Below are positions 23,686 to 41,229 of a DNA stretch of 64,000 bases, in pieces. The number at the start of each line of letters is the position of its first letter. The first letter of the stretch is position 1. Under the pieces are notes generated by a model, which was not told where the DNA came from, did not search any database, and saw nothing but the letters and a program-made list of their open reading frames with translations. A program made the translations under genes and the position numbers. Source of the stretch: Blastocystis sp. Blastoise (taxonomy: Eukaryota; Protista; Bigyra: Opalinata); NCBI GenBank assembly GCA_039096225.1, contig JBBPEB010000026.1, positions 744,001 through 808,000 of the forward strand, read 5' to 3'.

Positions 23686-24019
23686 TTTCTTTTGACTTTA
23701 ATGCAAAAACAAAAATAAAAAAATTATGTATTCCAAACAATACTTAAAACAGAGTTTTGATCTTTATTTTTTTTATGTTGTCTTTTATTATTAAACCAAT
23801 AGATCTCTTTCAAATTGAAGATTCGTTTGATTATAGGATAAGAATCTATTTATGGAATTATGCCATAAGTTATTTGATATCTTCAATTAAAGGATAGTAT
23901 TGGTGTTTAAATTGTGGAAATATAGATGTCATTTGTGTTCAAATGGTTTTTATATTTATCAACTGATTGGCTCATTTAAAAATAATCATCCACTCATTAA
24001 ATAATAAAAAAAAAAAATA

Positions 24020-24091
24020 AGCAGCCAGGCGGGTTTGAACCACCGACCGCACGATCTGCAATCGTATGCTCTACCACTGAGCTATGGCTGC
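24020..24091 (-). tRNA. tRNA-Cys(GCA)
   Basis: Reverse complement GCAGCCATAGCTCAGTGGTAGAGCATACGATTGCAGATCGTGCGGTCGGTGGTTCAAACCCGCCTGGCTGCT folds as a cloverleaf with anticodon GCA, followed by a T-run terminator. Confidence 0.95.
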
Positions 24092-24342
24092 ACTATAATT
24101 TGTATTTATTATCTGGAGCCATATAGCTATTCCACTGCTTTCTGTTGAAAAATGATTTATCTTGTTATTAAAGCAAGAATCTTTTGTAACATGTTATTAT
24201 AATGAAACGAAACAATTAAGGTGAATGACGCTATTTTATGAAAACTATTTAAACGGTAAATATCAATATATATGTAATAAATAAGGAGATAAAATAAAAC
24301 AATAAGAATAAAAGAAGTAAATTATGATAAGAATACTAATGT

Positions 24343-25858
24343 TTAATGATAGAAGAAAAGATAGACAATAAGAGCAATACTAATAACATTAAGGATAGCA
24401 AGTAAGATAACCCAAATAGTTAAGGATTTCTTGGTGCAGCAAGGTTTGATTTCTTTAAGAAGAGGTTCATTGAGAGTGATTTCTGTAGTATTTTCATCAA
24501 TAGGAATAGAAACATCATTAGTTTTCATATTATATTCAGTAGTATCTTTGGTAGTTGTATTTGTTGTTTCTTGTTCAGATATAGGATTTAAAGCGGCTAA
24601 TTTTTGTTTTTCTTCTTCAGCAGCTTTAGCAAGAGCTTCTCCTTTCAGTTTTTCGGATAATTCAGAATGTTGTCTAATTTCATTCATACGACTAGCAATT
24701 TTAGCTTGTTCTTCATCATTATAAGATACCTTCTTATGTATATTACCACTAATTTCATAAATAGGCTTAGATTCAAAAAGATTAATTCTTTCTTTAAAGT
24801 TAATAGGAGCCTCTTCTATAATTCCTATTGCCTTTTTCTCTGTTTCTATATTTATATATATATAGTATTGGAAAAAATATAAAATTTATAATAAAATTCA
24901 AATTTATTAAAAAAAAAATAAAAATACATTTATAATAAAAAAAAAGATATAAAAAACTTTATTAGAAATAAAAAAAAATAGATATAAAAAAAAAATTTAT
25001 AATAATAATCAATTATATCATTAAAAATACCTTCAGAAGGTTGTTCGGAAACAATAGGTTCTGAAATAGGTTCAGATTGAGTAGATACAGGTTCTAAAGG
25101 AGAAGAAGCAGCTGGAACAGAATCAACAGGAACTTCTTCTTTAGGTTCTTCAGGTACCACAGGTTCTTCAGGTACTACAGGTACTGTATATAAATATAAT
25201 TATATGCTTATACATAACATATTAATAAACTAGAAAAAAGTTGATAACGAAAAAAGTTGAATAATAAATAAATAATAGAACATAATTAAAAATATATACT
25301 TTCAATGGTCTTATAGGAAAGTTCACCAGCAATATGACCAACTTTTAATGTCTTAACAACATGACTATTAATAGGAACCTTAATAGCACCTAAAAAACAG
25401 AGAGAGACAGATAGAATATGAGGAATAAAATACTGTTTGAAAAATACTAAATAAAAAATAAAAAAAATAAAATACCAGTGCTTTCAGTTAATTCATAAGA
25501 ACCATTACCAAGAAGGACTTGATTCACATTTCTAAATAAAAATATATACATAAAAAAATATCCAAAAAAAATTTGAATTTTCATTTTGAAAAAACATATA
25601 AATAAAAATAGTGATATATGCATATAGTAAATATAAAAGGAGATAAAATAAAATAAAGGCATACACAGCAACTGTTACAGTACTAGGCATTTGCGCAACG
25701 GGGAGTTCAATAGTATCAAAAAGTTTGACTAAAGAAGAAGAAGCAGTAAGAGAAGAAGTGATTGTTTCATCTCCACAGGAGAAAACAAAATCTAAATAGC
25801 GATTGGCTACATCAGTTGTAGATAAGAAAGTTAAATTTGATAAAACAGCAACCTGCAT
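24343..25858 (-). CDS. Tail-anchored protein with a possible C2-like N-terminal domain, Pro/Glu-rich linker, coiled coil and C-terminal TM (start uncertain)
   Basis: Exons join in frame through GT-AG introns. 'VLLGNGSYEL...VGHIAGELSY' has a C2-like beta pattern; PEEPVVPEEPK repeats follow; C-terminal 'LTIWVILLAILNVISIALIVYLFFYH*'. Confidence 0.65.
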
Positions 25859-26094
25859 TATTATATATATATATAGTTATAGAATAGAAATCAAATAAAA
25901 AACATTGTAAAAGAAAGATGTTGTTCATTTTTGAAGAGTGATCATGAATTTCAGAATTCATTCTTTAGATTTCATGTTATTCTAGAATCACTTTACTTGC
26001 TTTTTCCTTTCAAAGATTATTATTTTTTCTCTGTGAAAAGGAAGACAGTTCTTGTCTTTTTATCTATTATTTGATTCTTCTTTGATATATTGCA

Positions 26095-26162
26095 TGAATA
26101 GTCATATACGTTTTTAAATCTTATTGAATGAATAGTCATATACGTTTTTAAATCTTATTGAA
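26095..26162 (+). repeat. Perfect 34-bp tandem duplication
   Basis: tgaatagtcatatacgtttttaaatcttattgaa present twice. Confidence 0.9.
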
Positions 26163-26994
26163 AGAACCTATTATATTAAAAGTAATTGATACAATATAGA
26201 ACAGTTTATAGTTAATTGAGCATGTTCATGTTCATTTTCAAGAATCAAGAAATATGGCTTGCTATTCAATATGATGCGAATGAATAATATATATAATTAT
26301 TAATTGAAAATATTGATGTGAGAACCTATTGTCGTCACTGTATTTACGTACAGAATTTGTTTTACTAATTTTGTTGAATTACCCTAAAACTTTTATCTTG
26401 TTTTTACTTTTATTATTACAAATTGGAAGCGATGTCTATTATTTTATCATAAATTATGGTTCAATATATCTTTCAAAGCTCAGTTTACATATATATAGAC
26501 AATTAATGAAGATACTATGAGTTTTCAATAGTCATTATAGTGATTTTGGTGATACTTGGATGCTTTTCAATTCTTATTATTTATCTATTATTGTATGTAT
26601 AGCTATAAATCATTGCAAAAATGAAAATGTTCTTTTCTTATACCTATTTGAATCTCATAAAAATGAGTTTATTTATAAAATAATTAGAATCATGAAAAAA
26701 AAAGAAATTAACTAAAATAATTTCAGAAATTCATGATTCTGACAAAACATAGAAAGAAGGCGCATTCTTGATAACACGGTTATTTTAGAGAAATGTCTGA
26801 TTAAATTTATAGAATCATGATTATTTCTTCTTCTAGGGACGATTTTGATATATTCAAATTTCTTTTTTGTTTTGTATTCTCTATTTAATCGTTGATTACG
26901 AAAAGTATATTAAATTATTGTTTATTTCATCATTTTGTCAATTTGATCTGTCGATACAATTCATTTACAATAATACATTTCTTTTTTTATAGAA

Positions 26995-31825
<4,831 letters not shown>

Positions 31826-33720
31826 AAATGATACTTTAATAATAATAATATATATATAGGATACATTGGTTTTAAAATAATTATTTATATTATATTTTTT
31901 ATGATAGATTCTTTTTATTTTGTTAAAAATCTTTTATTTGATTTATATTTATAAATATATTTATTATAAAAAAATGTCTCAAAAATTTATTTTTTCTCTT
32001 TTCTGTTTCTTTCTTATTTCATATATTTTTATTGAATCTTTTTTTTTATTCATCTTTATGTTATTGAAACCAGCCATTTTTGTTTTGTTTTAATAAAAGC
32101 ATTTTTAGGTATATATATATTCAGTGCCTTCCCGAGTGTCTGTGACACTTGCGGCGACACTTTTGTGACACTTTTTTCAGCCATGCTTAATTCGGCTGAA
32201 TTCGATAAACTGAAGCCAGATTGTGATTTCTCTCACTGATAGGTACTTTTGACTATTTAAAGCTTTTTCATGGCTTATTTTTGCATAAGAACATTTTTAA
32301 TCAATAATAATTCAATAAATAAAAGACTTGAATACAAAAGAAGAATATTTCAGGAAAGTTTTATGTAGATTAATGATTTAGACTCAAAAAAACTATTAAG
32401 CATATTTTATCAATGAATTGACATCTTTATATTATTCTAAAGTGTTATACAATATCAAAAACGTTTCTGTTTCATTCTAAGTCGCCATTTTGACAATAAT
32501 GGGGTCAATATTTTAGAATTTTTTATAGCTCTGTTCAAAGTGAAAGACCTCTTAAATTCATAAACATGTGTAAAAGTGAATAAAATGACATCTATGAGTC
32601 AAAACGACAACCAAGTCAAAAAGTCAAAAAATTATTTTTTTACACTGAAAGAATGAACCGAGCCTATTTGTTTGGCTGAATAAAAGACCAGAGTTTTGAT
32701 TCTTTTGTATTTACGGGAATAATTTTCTTGTCCAAAACTGAGTCTGTTTATATTTTGTTATATATCAAAGCACAAAAAGATTTTAGAATAGTTTTTACAT
32801 TATATTTTAGTATAATTAAAGGTTCCGCATCAAAAACTTTTGTCAGAAGTTTAAACTAAGCAGTTATTTTTTAGTATCAAATAAAAGTCGTTTTAAAAGT
32901 TGCTATTAGAGTAATTTTATGTAATAGAAAAGCATTTGAAGTTGAAAACAGTAGTTTTTAGACGAGTATATAAACAGATCAGAAAGTCAAAGAAAATGAG
33001 TTATTTTTGAGAAGCTAAAAGTAGTGGGATACAATAGAATTGTGTAAATAATGTATTGTCTGACGCGTTAAAACTAATAATCTTAATAGAATATCTCAAA
33101 AAAAAACTGAAGAATAAAAAATGTATTTTTAAGAATATTTTTAGTATTTGACTGAAAGATTTGAATTTAAATATGAATACATTTTTATATTTAATTTGTT
33201 GTCTCTATGTAGAAATAGAACTTATTACGAGGACTATAGATGCTTTTAAGCAATCCTAATGCTGTGTAAGTATTTATTTATCTAATATATCATATTATTT
33301 TACATTATTCTTTTAGATTCCCCATTTTGGATTTCCTCTTCCTTTCAAACAGTCTCCTTGGTCTATTTCAAATACATTTATAACATGGAATCGTTGATTT
33401 GATTCTTATAAGGTATTTTATCTAATTCCTTTTTTAATTCATTTAGGTTTCTTGGTTATTATTGTCTATACCTCTTCCAAATAACAAATCAAAGCAATAT
33501 TGAAGGTATATAAATATATCTATTTGTTTCTTTATTACATTGACACATTTTCTCTTTTTTCTTTTTTCCTATTAAAATTATTTATTTAATTTTTATTTAT
33601 TTTATTTATGTTTTATATTTATCATCAATTTATATATTATATAGAAAATTTATTTCTTATTGCCATTCTTGAATTCTGTGCTTTTGTTTGCTAGTTAAAA
33701 ACGAAAATAACAAATTTTGT

Positions 33721-33777
<57 letters not shown>

Positions 33778-35113
33778 TCATCTATCTATCTATCTATCTA
33801 TCTATCTATTAGGGCATCCAATTGATATCTCCTACAGTATCAACGATTCCTTTGACTTCTACTACTATTACTCCTTCTGAATATCCTCTCTTCTTCACGA
33901 GTACTGCAGGATCTATATATCCACTTCAATTATTCCTTAATAGTCGATGTGGACAAATACCTATAGATATTGATCTCGAAAAACGAATTAAAATCACTTT
34001 TATTAGTGATCGAAAGGGTATATTTATTATTATATATATTTATTATTATTCTATATATATATAGTTCCATCTCTTCCTACATATACCTTCTCCTATCTTT
34101 CTTCTTCTTCTCTTTATTTATATTTAAAAGCTATCTATGTAGCTATATATGATATTTATATAACAGTAGATGGTATTCCTATTCATTATTCTCCATTTTT
34201 ATCTGCATGGACAGTAACTCATGGTTCTCTTCTTCCTTCAAATACTATTTTTATACCACCAAATAGAACTACTAGTGTTGGCATTATTCGTATATATTTA
34301 TTTAATTAATATTTATTTAATAATATATATATATATATAGATGATTTTGAAATATATTTTCGTGATGAATATAATAATACAGTTCCTACAACATTATTTA
34401 CAGGAACAATTCTATTAAATACAGATCAATCTTATTTCTTTACTTCAAAAGAAGGTATTTATTTATTTATTTATTTATTATTATTATTATTATATATATA
34501 TAGATCCATTACATGAAAAATTAATATATCAATTTGTTTCGTATACTTCAGAATCTGTTTATTTTAGATGGATGTATATATATATAAATATTTATATAAA
34601 TAATAATAATATTTTTATAGTGTGAATGGTTTATCTGTGATTAATACTCCATTCCAATTATCAGTATATAGTGATGTTCCTTCTTATCTCTACTCTTCTA
34701 TCTCTACTATCTATTCAATTATTCCTTTATATAGAAGTGTTGATGTATATATATAATAATAATAAAAATAAAAATAATATATATAGTTTACATTAATAGT
34801 AAGAGATCGTTATTATAATTTAGTGAATCAGAATAATTTTATAATAAAATTATATGTAACATCTTCAGAAGGATTTGATATTCCTTTATTTCCAGGGGAA
34901 TCCGATCAATTCTTTAGTTATAGAATCACTATGGATTCTACTTCACAATATACATTATCCATTCGTTTCTTTCGTGAGATTTCTAATGGTCATTTATATG
35001 TACGTCTTCTAAATCAAGAAGAAGAAGAAGATATTGATACAATTAATTCTTATATATATTGTACTATTCAAAGTAGAATTAGTCCTAATGATTGCTCGAA
35101 AACTGAAATCTAT

Positions 35114-35190
35114 ATATCCTTTTATTAGTTATTTTATATTATATTCTCTCAATAATAATATTATATATATTTCTTAATTCTACTTTTTAC
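35114..35190 (+). other. U12-type AT-AC intron
   Basis: Donor ATATCCTTT, branch-like TTCTTAAT at 35171, 3' end AC; splicing gives KTEIY|SPISFAG in frame. Confidence 0.88.
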
Positions 35191-36853
35191 AGTCCTATTA
35201 GTTTTGCAGGCACATTAACGTATATGTATATATATACAAGAGATATATATGATGATGGATATTGTTTAGATAATCGAAGAGATAAATATAAAGTGTATAT
35301 TAAAGGTGATGGAGAAGTATATATATATTTATTTAATATATTATTATTATATATAGTATACTCAGAAATCCTTTTATTCATTTTCAACATCTCCTTCTCT
35401 TGATATATATACACAAGAATATCAATATACTTCTATTTGTCCTCTTTATACATTTATTCAATTACCTTCAAAAGTTAGAAATATAACTGTGAAAATAGAT
35501 TGTTTATCTGAAGATAATATTTGGTCCTCTTTAGAATGGAATATCACTACTATACCTTCTACTGAAATGTATATTAATTATTATTATTCTCTTATATATA
35601 TATAGTACATCTACAATAAAAGTAACTCATGATTCTCTTTATACTGCTGGTGATATTATTCCTATAAACATCAAATTCTTTGATATGTAATTATTTATTA
35701 TTCTTTATTTATATATTATTTATAGATATAATAATTCAGTAATTAATTTACAAAGTGTGTATAAAATATGTGATTATAGTTATGTAGAAGGTATATTTAA
35801 ATATATATAATTTGAATATAATTTTATATAGATCGAAATACTTATTATGATGTTATGAATCCAGATTCAATAAGTCTTCTTAGTACATGTTCTATACCTG
35901 CTAAAGTATCAGGATTCCATAAGATTTCATTGATTACATTAGTTTCTGGAAATATCTATGATTCTTATCTAAGTAAATATATTTATATTTATAATATATA
36001 TTATCTATAATAGCTGTTGTTCCTGGTACTCTTTATATTGCTCATACTGATATTCATGGTACTGGAATTGAATTTGTTTCTTATTGTGATTCTACTAATA
36101 TTTCTATTTGTGGAGATATCTATATGAATTTAAAAGTATTTATTTATTATTATTATTATTATATATTTATAATAGGATGAATATTTTAATTCATTGAATG
36201 CTACATATTATATTGAAGAAGGTGGATATTCAAAAGAAGATCCTTCTTTTTCTATATATAATCATGAAGGAGAATATATTGATATAGATATTCGACGAGC
36301 TGATACTTTAGAAGATACTCCTTTCACTGTAGATAAACATATACTCAATAATACGTATATTTAATATTATTATTTATATTTATTATTTATTTATAGTATT
36401 CATATTCATTATATTGTTGAAATGTCTTCTATTATTGGTCTTACTGAATCAGAATATCCTTATTTATATATACGTCTATTCTTTCAAAATAAACAAGATA
36501 ATCTATTCTCTAAAGATATTCCTGTTACTCTATCTTCTCTTCCTTATTCTCTATTCATGTATATATATTTTTTATTATTATTTTCAATATCTGTATAGAT
36601 TAACATCTCCTCTTAAATTTCATGTATCATCGATATTAAATGTCAATTTAGAAACTGATCCATTCTTTTTATTTCAAATATTTGATGAAAATCAACATAT
36701 TATTACGGGTCAACAATCTAATCTTAAATGGTATTCTATTATTATTATTATATATAAATATAAATGAATATATATATATAGGATAAATATAGATGAAGAT
36801 TATTATGATGGAATCATGTATATAGTTGAAACTACATCACCTGGTACTTATAA

Positions 36854-36918
36854 ATATCCTTTTATATATATATATATTAATAATAATTAAACACTATTAT
36901 TTTCTTTAATCTATATAC
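36854..36918 (+). other. U12-type AT-AC intron
   Basis: Donor ATATCCTTT, branch-like TTCTTTAAT at about 36902, 3' end AC; splicing gives PGTYK|TIPHLP, in frame with the downstream ORF MPILDISV. Confidence 0.88.
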
Positions 36919-38050
36919 AACTATACCTCATCTTCCTACTGCTCGTAATTATACGTTTATATTATTATATAATAATATGCCTATATTGGATATATCAGTG
37001 ACAATTACTACATTCACATGTTTAAAGTATTCTTTATTATCAACCTATTCAGGAACATTCAGTATGGGATTTGTACCTGAAATAAGAAGAGAATTAGATG
37101 TTATTGTTAAAGATATTCATAATAATGAAATGTATATTTATTTTTATATATTATTATTTATTATTATATAGTCCTATTCCTATAAATCAACAATTCAATT
37201 TAACTTCTTCTCCTCCTCTTCTCTATTCTTATACTCTCAATAATAATCATATCCATGTATATATATAATCATATATAATTTATAATATTTATATAGTTTC
37301 TAATAGATTCTCCTCTTCATCTTTCTTCTTATCGAGATCTATATACTATTACTATTTCTACATCCTTTGAAGATCAACCCTATATAGAAATACTTACTAC
37401 TACTGCTTATGCTTATCCTAATTTGAGTATATATATAATATATAATATATAATAATATTATTATATAGATCTTCTTGGATCTCCTTCTTATTTACTTTGT
37501 CCTGATGAATTAACTACAGGAATAGAATTCAATTGTACATTTCATCCACGAGATATTTATGGTAATGATATTAACCCTACTTATATTCAACCATTCTTAA
37601 AATCAACATTGATTGATTCTAAGGGTAATAATCTCAATGTATGTGATTTACCTTATTGTACAGGGAATAAGCCAGCTATCTTTATTTTTGATCATAATAC
37701 TATTTATACAAAAATGTATTATATTGATGCTGATACATATACTATAACATTTTCTCTTGAACAAGTTCATTATGAACAACAATTTCAATTGATTATTTCT
37801 CCATCAATTATGGACCCTCAACAATCATTTATTCATTTCCCTTCGAATAATAATCCTATTCCTGTTCCTAATTATGAAGATTATGGAAAAAATGGTATTT
37901 ATTATTTATTTTTATTATTATTATATATATAGAATTATTAGATGATGAAGGAATTAATAAAAGTATATATTTATATTATTATAGTTATTATTTATATATA
38001 TAGCTTATATAGCTGGTAATCAAATTTTCATTCATGTTCATCTCTTTGAT

Positions 38051-38113
38051 ATATCTTTTATATTATTATTTATATATATTTTATAATATAAATATTTTTT
38101 TCTTAATAATCAC
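38051..38113 (+). other. U12-type AT-AC intron
   Basis: Donor ATATCTTT, branch-like TTCTTAAT at about 38100, 3' end CAC; splicing gives HLFD|SFNNTIEED in frame. Confidence 0.82.
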
Positions 38114-39155
38114 TCCTTTAATAATACAATAGAAGAAGATATATCAAAAGAATTATATATAGAAATATATAAGAATGAAACTCGTATAGAAACTGATAGG
38201 TATATATATTTATATTATTATTATAATTATTATATAGTTATGCAATATTAATTTATGGAAATGTATATGTATTTTCTTTATATCATATTATATTATATAT
38301 AGATAATAAATAGATCAGTTTTATTATTAACAGTATATACAAATGATTTTATATATATTATAGGACAACAACATTTTTATATAAAGGTATGTATTTATCT
38401 ATATATATATTTATTTAAATTATTCATAGTTTTATAATTAGTTTATATAGGATAGGAAAGAGTTTCCATATATATATTATAATGATTAATTTTTTACATA
38501 TTATCTATTATATTATTAAAATTGTACTATGTCATATTTAATTATAATATTCTTCTTGTTTGGTAGATATTTAGAATTAGTTGATTTACAGATATCTTTT
38601 CTAGTAGAGAATAATAAAATATAAATAATTCAACATTAGTTTTTTATAAAAATATAATCTTTATTATGTTAATGATAGGTTGTAAAACGTTTCAGATATT
38701 ATCTATTTTATTTATATATGTATAATAATCTATAATTGATTTAAATAAGACATGTTACACAAGAAATGTTTATAAATTGTGAATCTCATCTTAATAAATA
38801 ACTATACTGATTATATATTTTTATTCTGTATAAGATTTATATCTTAAGCAGAATGCTATTTTATTAATATAACTGACAAATATATTTAATTGAAATCATA
38901 GTGTGTTAAAATAGCACGGTTTTATCTCTGTAACATCTAAATATATATGTTGTAATTAAATAATTCATGCTAAAAACTATATAATATATTTATAAATTAA
39001 TTGATAATCAAATAGACTTTTTGTAAAGAAAAAGAGTAATTTTATAATTTTATTAACCTCTGAAAACAAAGAATTTTATATAGATTCTTATAATAGTAAT
39101 AATATATTGACTATTATAATTCAAAAATAAAACAATACATGTAAAAAAATAAAAA

Positions 39156-39228
39156 TGCCCCAGATAAGATTTGAACCAGCGACAATAACCATTATAACTA
39201 TAGCGCTGACCAACTATACCAACAATTC
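39156..39228 (-). ncRNA. Degenerate tRNA-like (A-box/B-box) element 1
   Basis: The reverse complement contains TGGTATAGTTGGT (A box) and GGTTCAAATC (B box) at tRNA spacing, then a T-run; the stems do not pair. Confidence 0.6.
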
Positions 39229-39511
39229 TCTCAATTTTTTGTTTTTATATAATATATATAATAAATTTAAATATAGCTAAATCTTCAAATTTTTATATTC
39301 ATTATCTTTCATAACATTTATGTCAGTATAGACATGCTTAGAATAACTATTAAATAGAAATTATTAATTTTTGAAAATAAATTGTCTATTGATGTGGTGA
39401 TAATGAACTCAAAAAGAACACCTCAGTGATGTAAACGTTTTTTAAATACTAAAAATGACGCAGAGTTGATTGAATCATTATAAATAGTTGTCAAAAAAAT
39501 TTAAAAGAAAA

Positions 39512-39583
39512 TGTCCCCTATAAGGATCGATCCGTCGACCATGTAAAAATTTTATGCGCATAAACCATTCGACCAAATACCCC
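39512..39583 (-). ncRNA. Degenerate tRNA-like (A-box/B-box) element 2
   Basis: The reverse complement contains TGGTCGAATGGT (A box) and GGATCGATCC (B-box variant), then TTTT; the acceptor stem is unpaired. Confidence 0.5.
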
Positions 39584-41229
39584 TTATATAATATTTATCA
39601 TCAAGTCATATAATAATTATAAAACCAGTGACTACTAACCTTTTTTTATTTTTCCCTTTTTAAACATAAAAATAATATATTTTACAATATAAATATTATA
39701 AATGTGTTGTGTGACTTATTCTACATGTAAAATACATTTTAAAACCATTTTTAAAGGCTATTAAAAAACATTTTGTCTGAAGTATTGTTTTTTAAAATCT
39801 GACTTTTGTTCATACTGTTGTTTTTTGTTTGGTTTTTGAAAATAATTATTTTAATATGCTTTTCGTTTATTTTTTTTTATTACTAGTCAGGGTGTATCTG
39901 TAGAGTCCCTACAAGACTACTTCGTGATATTTAACAAAAACAAAAACTTTTTAATTACATTATTATTTTTTATAATATTATTTTAGAGTTTATTGACAAT
40001 ATTATTCATTATAACACATAAATAATACTATTTGAAATAGCTTAAAAAAAGTATATAAACAATTGACTATTGTCACAAAATATTTTTATTTGTCACCCAA
40101 CTTAACACGAATAGTCAAACATAGGAATCATACTTGTTGTTATTTGATGACTTATATACTTTTCAGTCATGTATCTGTCACAACATGTGTCACAAAAAAT
40201 ATTTTATTTGACTTATTTTCAAATAGTCATACATTATATATCAAAATAATACGTTTTTAGTCAAAAACTGTCACGTCATAATATAATAGTCAATGAATGA
40301 ATTATCTTTTTTATGTCACCCGGTCCTTTTTTCATGAAAAGTGTGTAAATCGACGTGTCTTGATGAGCTGAGTTTGAAAATATTTTTTTTATATTTTTAA
40401 AATTAAAAACAAAAAAGTTATTTATCATTTTTCATTTTTGTGTCACAAATTTTGCTGACAATTGCGACGCCGCAAAAAAAAAGGGCCTTTTGGAAGTCGC
40501 TGTATATATTATTATTGCATTCAACAAAAAGAATGAAACCTATAAGTTATTTTCTTTTAATCGATAACAAATTATGTATTTGTTTTCAAAATATACATGC
40601 AATATACAAAAAAAAAAATAACATTTTTGAAAAAAATAACTATCATCTATTATTTAAATTATACTATTCTGTAGTATTCATTAACTTTCATTTTATTTAA
40701 TCTATATTTTAAGAGATATTTTAATAAAAAGACAATTAAAATGAAGAAATTTATTATATTTAACATCATTAAATGCAAATCAGAAGGTCATTCGATAGAA
40801 TGAAATGCGACAAAAGTGTTTCAAAGATAATGGATTCAATAAGATCTATTATATGGTTATAAAAGAGAAATGATACATTTTATTCTATTCTTTATTTTTA
40901 ATTATAATATAAATATATACTTATTGACTATACATTCCTTGAGCATATAAATCTAGTTATTATAAGACCATTCAAACAAATTAATTCCAACTTTCAACCG
41001 ATTTCCAAACTGAATAACAGTAATACATACGAGATATTGAATATTTATATCAGAAAATTGCTTGTTATAATAAAAACATCAGTGAAAATGGTCTTATGAG
41101 TGTTTTCTTTATTGAGAAAATAATCCAAATTATTCGGATAAAAAATGAACTAGAAACAGCATTCAACCTAAGATATTTCTACACATTTACGTTGTAATTC
41201 TTCTTAAATTACGATATCATCCTTTGAAG

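Larger units (their letters stand above)
33174..38489 (+). pseudogene. Filamin/ABP280-type Ig-repeat gene with a decayed 5' end (cargo of the element); open from about 33813 to 38489
   Basis: Repeated filamin-like motifs GIPIHYSPF, IYFRDEYNN, VNGLSVINTPF, LIVRDRYYN, FHPRDIYGN and VHLFDSFNN over about 25 short introns. The exon at 33317-33412 is blocked in all three frames, and a TAG lies in the exon preceding the open part. Confidence 0.7.
32122..40502. mobile_element. Putative non-autonomous hAT-like DNA transposon (8.4 kb) with captured cargo
   Basis: The left end reads CAGTGCCTTCC...TTGCGGCG...TTTGTGACAC and the reverse-complemented right end reads CAGCGACTTCC...TTGCGGCG...TTTGTGACAC. TATATATT flanks both ends (32114-32121 and 40503-40510). 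TGTCAC repeats cluster near the ends. No transposase ORF is visible. Confidence 0.7.

Noticed and set aside
26095-26162. 34-bp direct repeat as a possible CRISPR or LTR
   Set aside because: Two abutting copies with no spacer in eukaryotic DNA; a simple tandem duplication.
32122-32126. CAGTG start interpreted as a Tc1/mariner terminus
   Set aside because: The left flank is TT rather than TA, and an 8-bp duplication fits hAT better; the superfamily remains unproven without a transposase.
36453-36462. ATATCCTTA, a U12-like donor
   Set aside because: It lies inside an open exon (EYPY) that already continues in frame to a normal GT donor.
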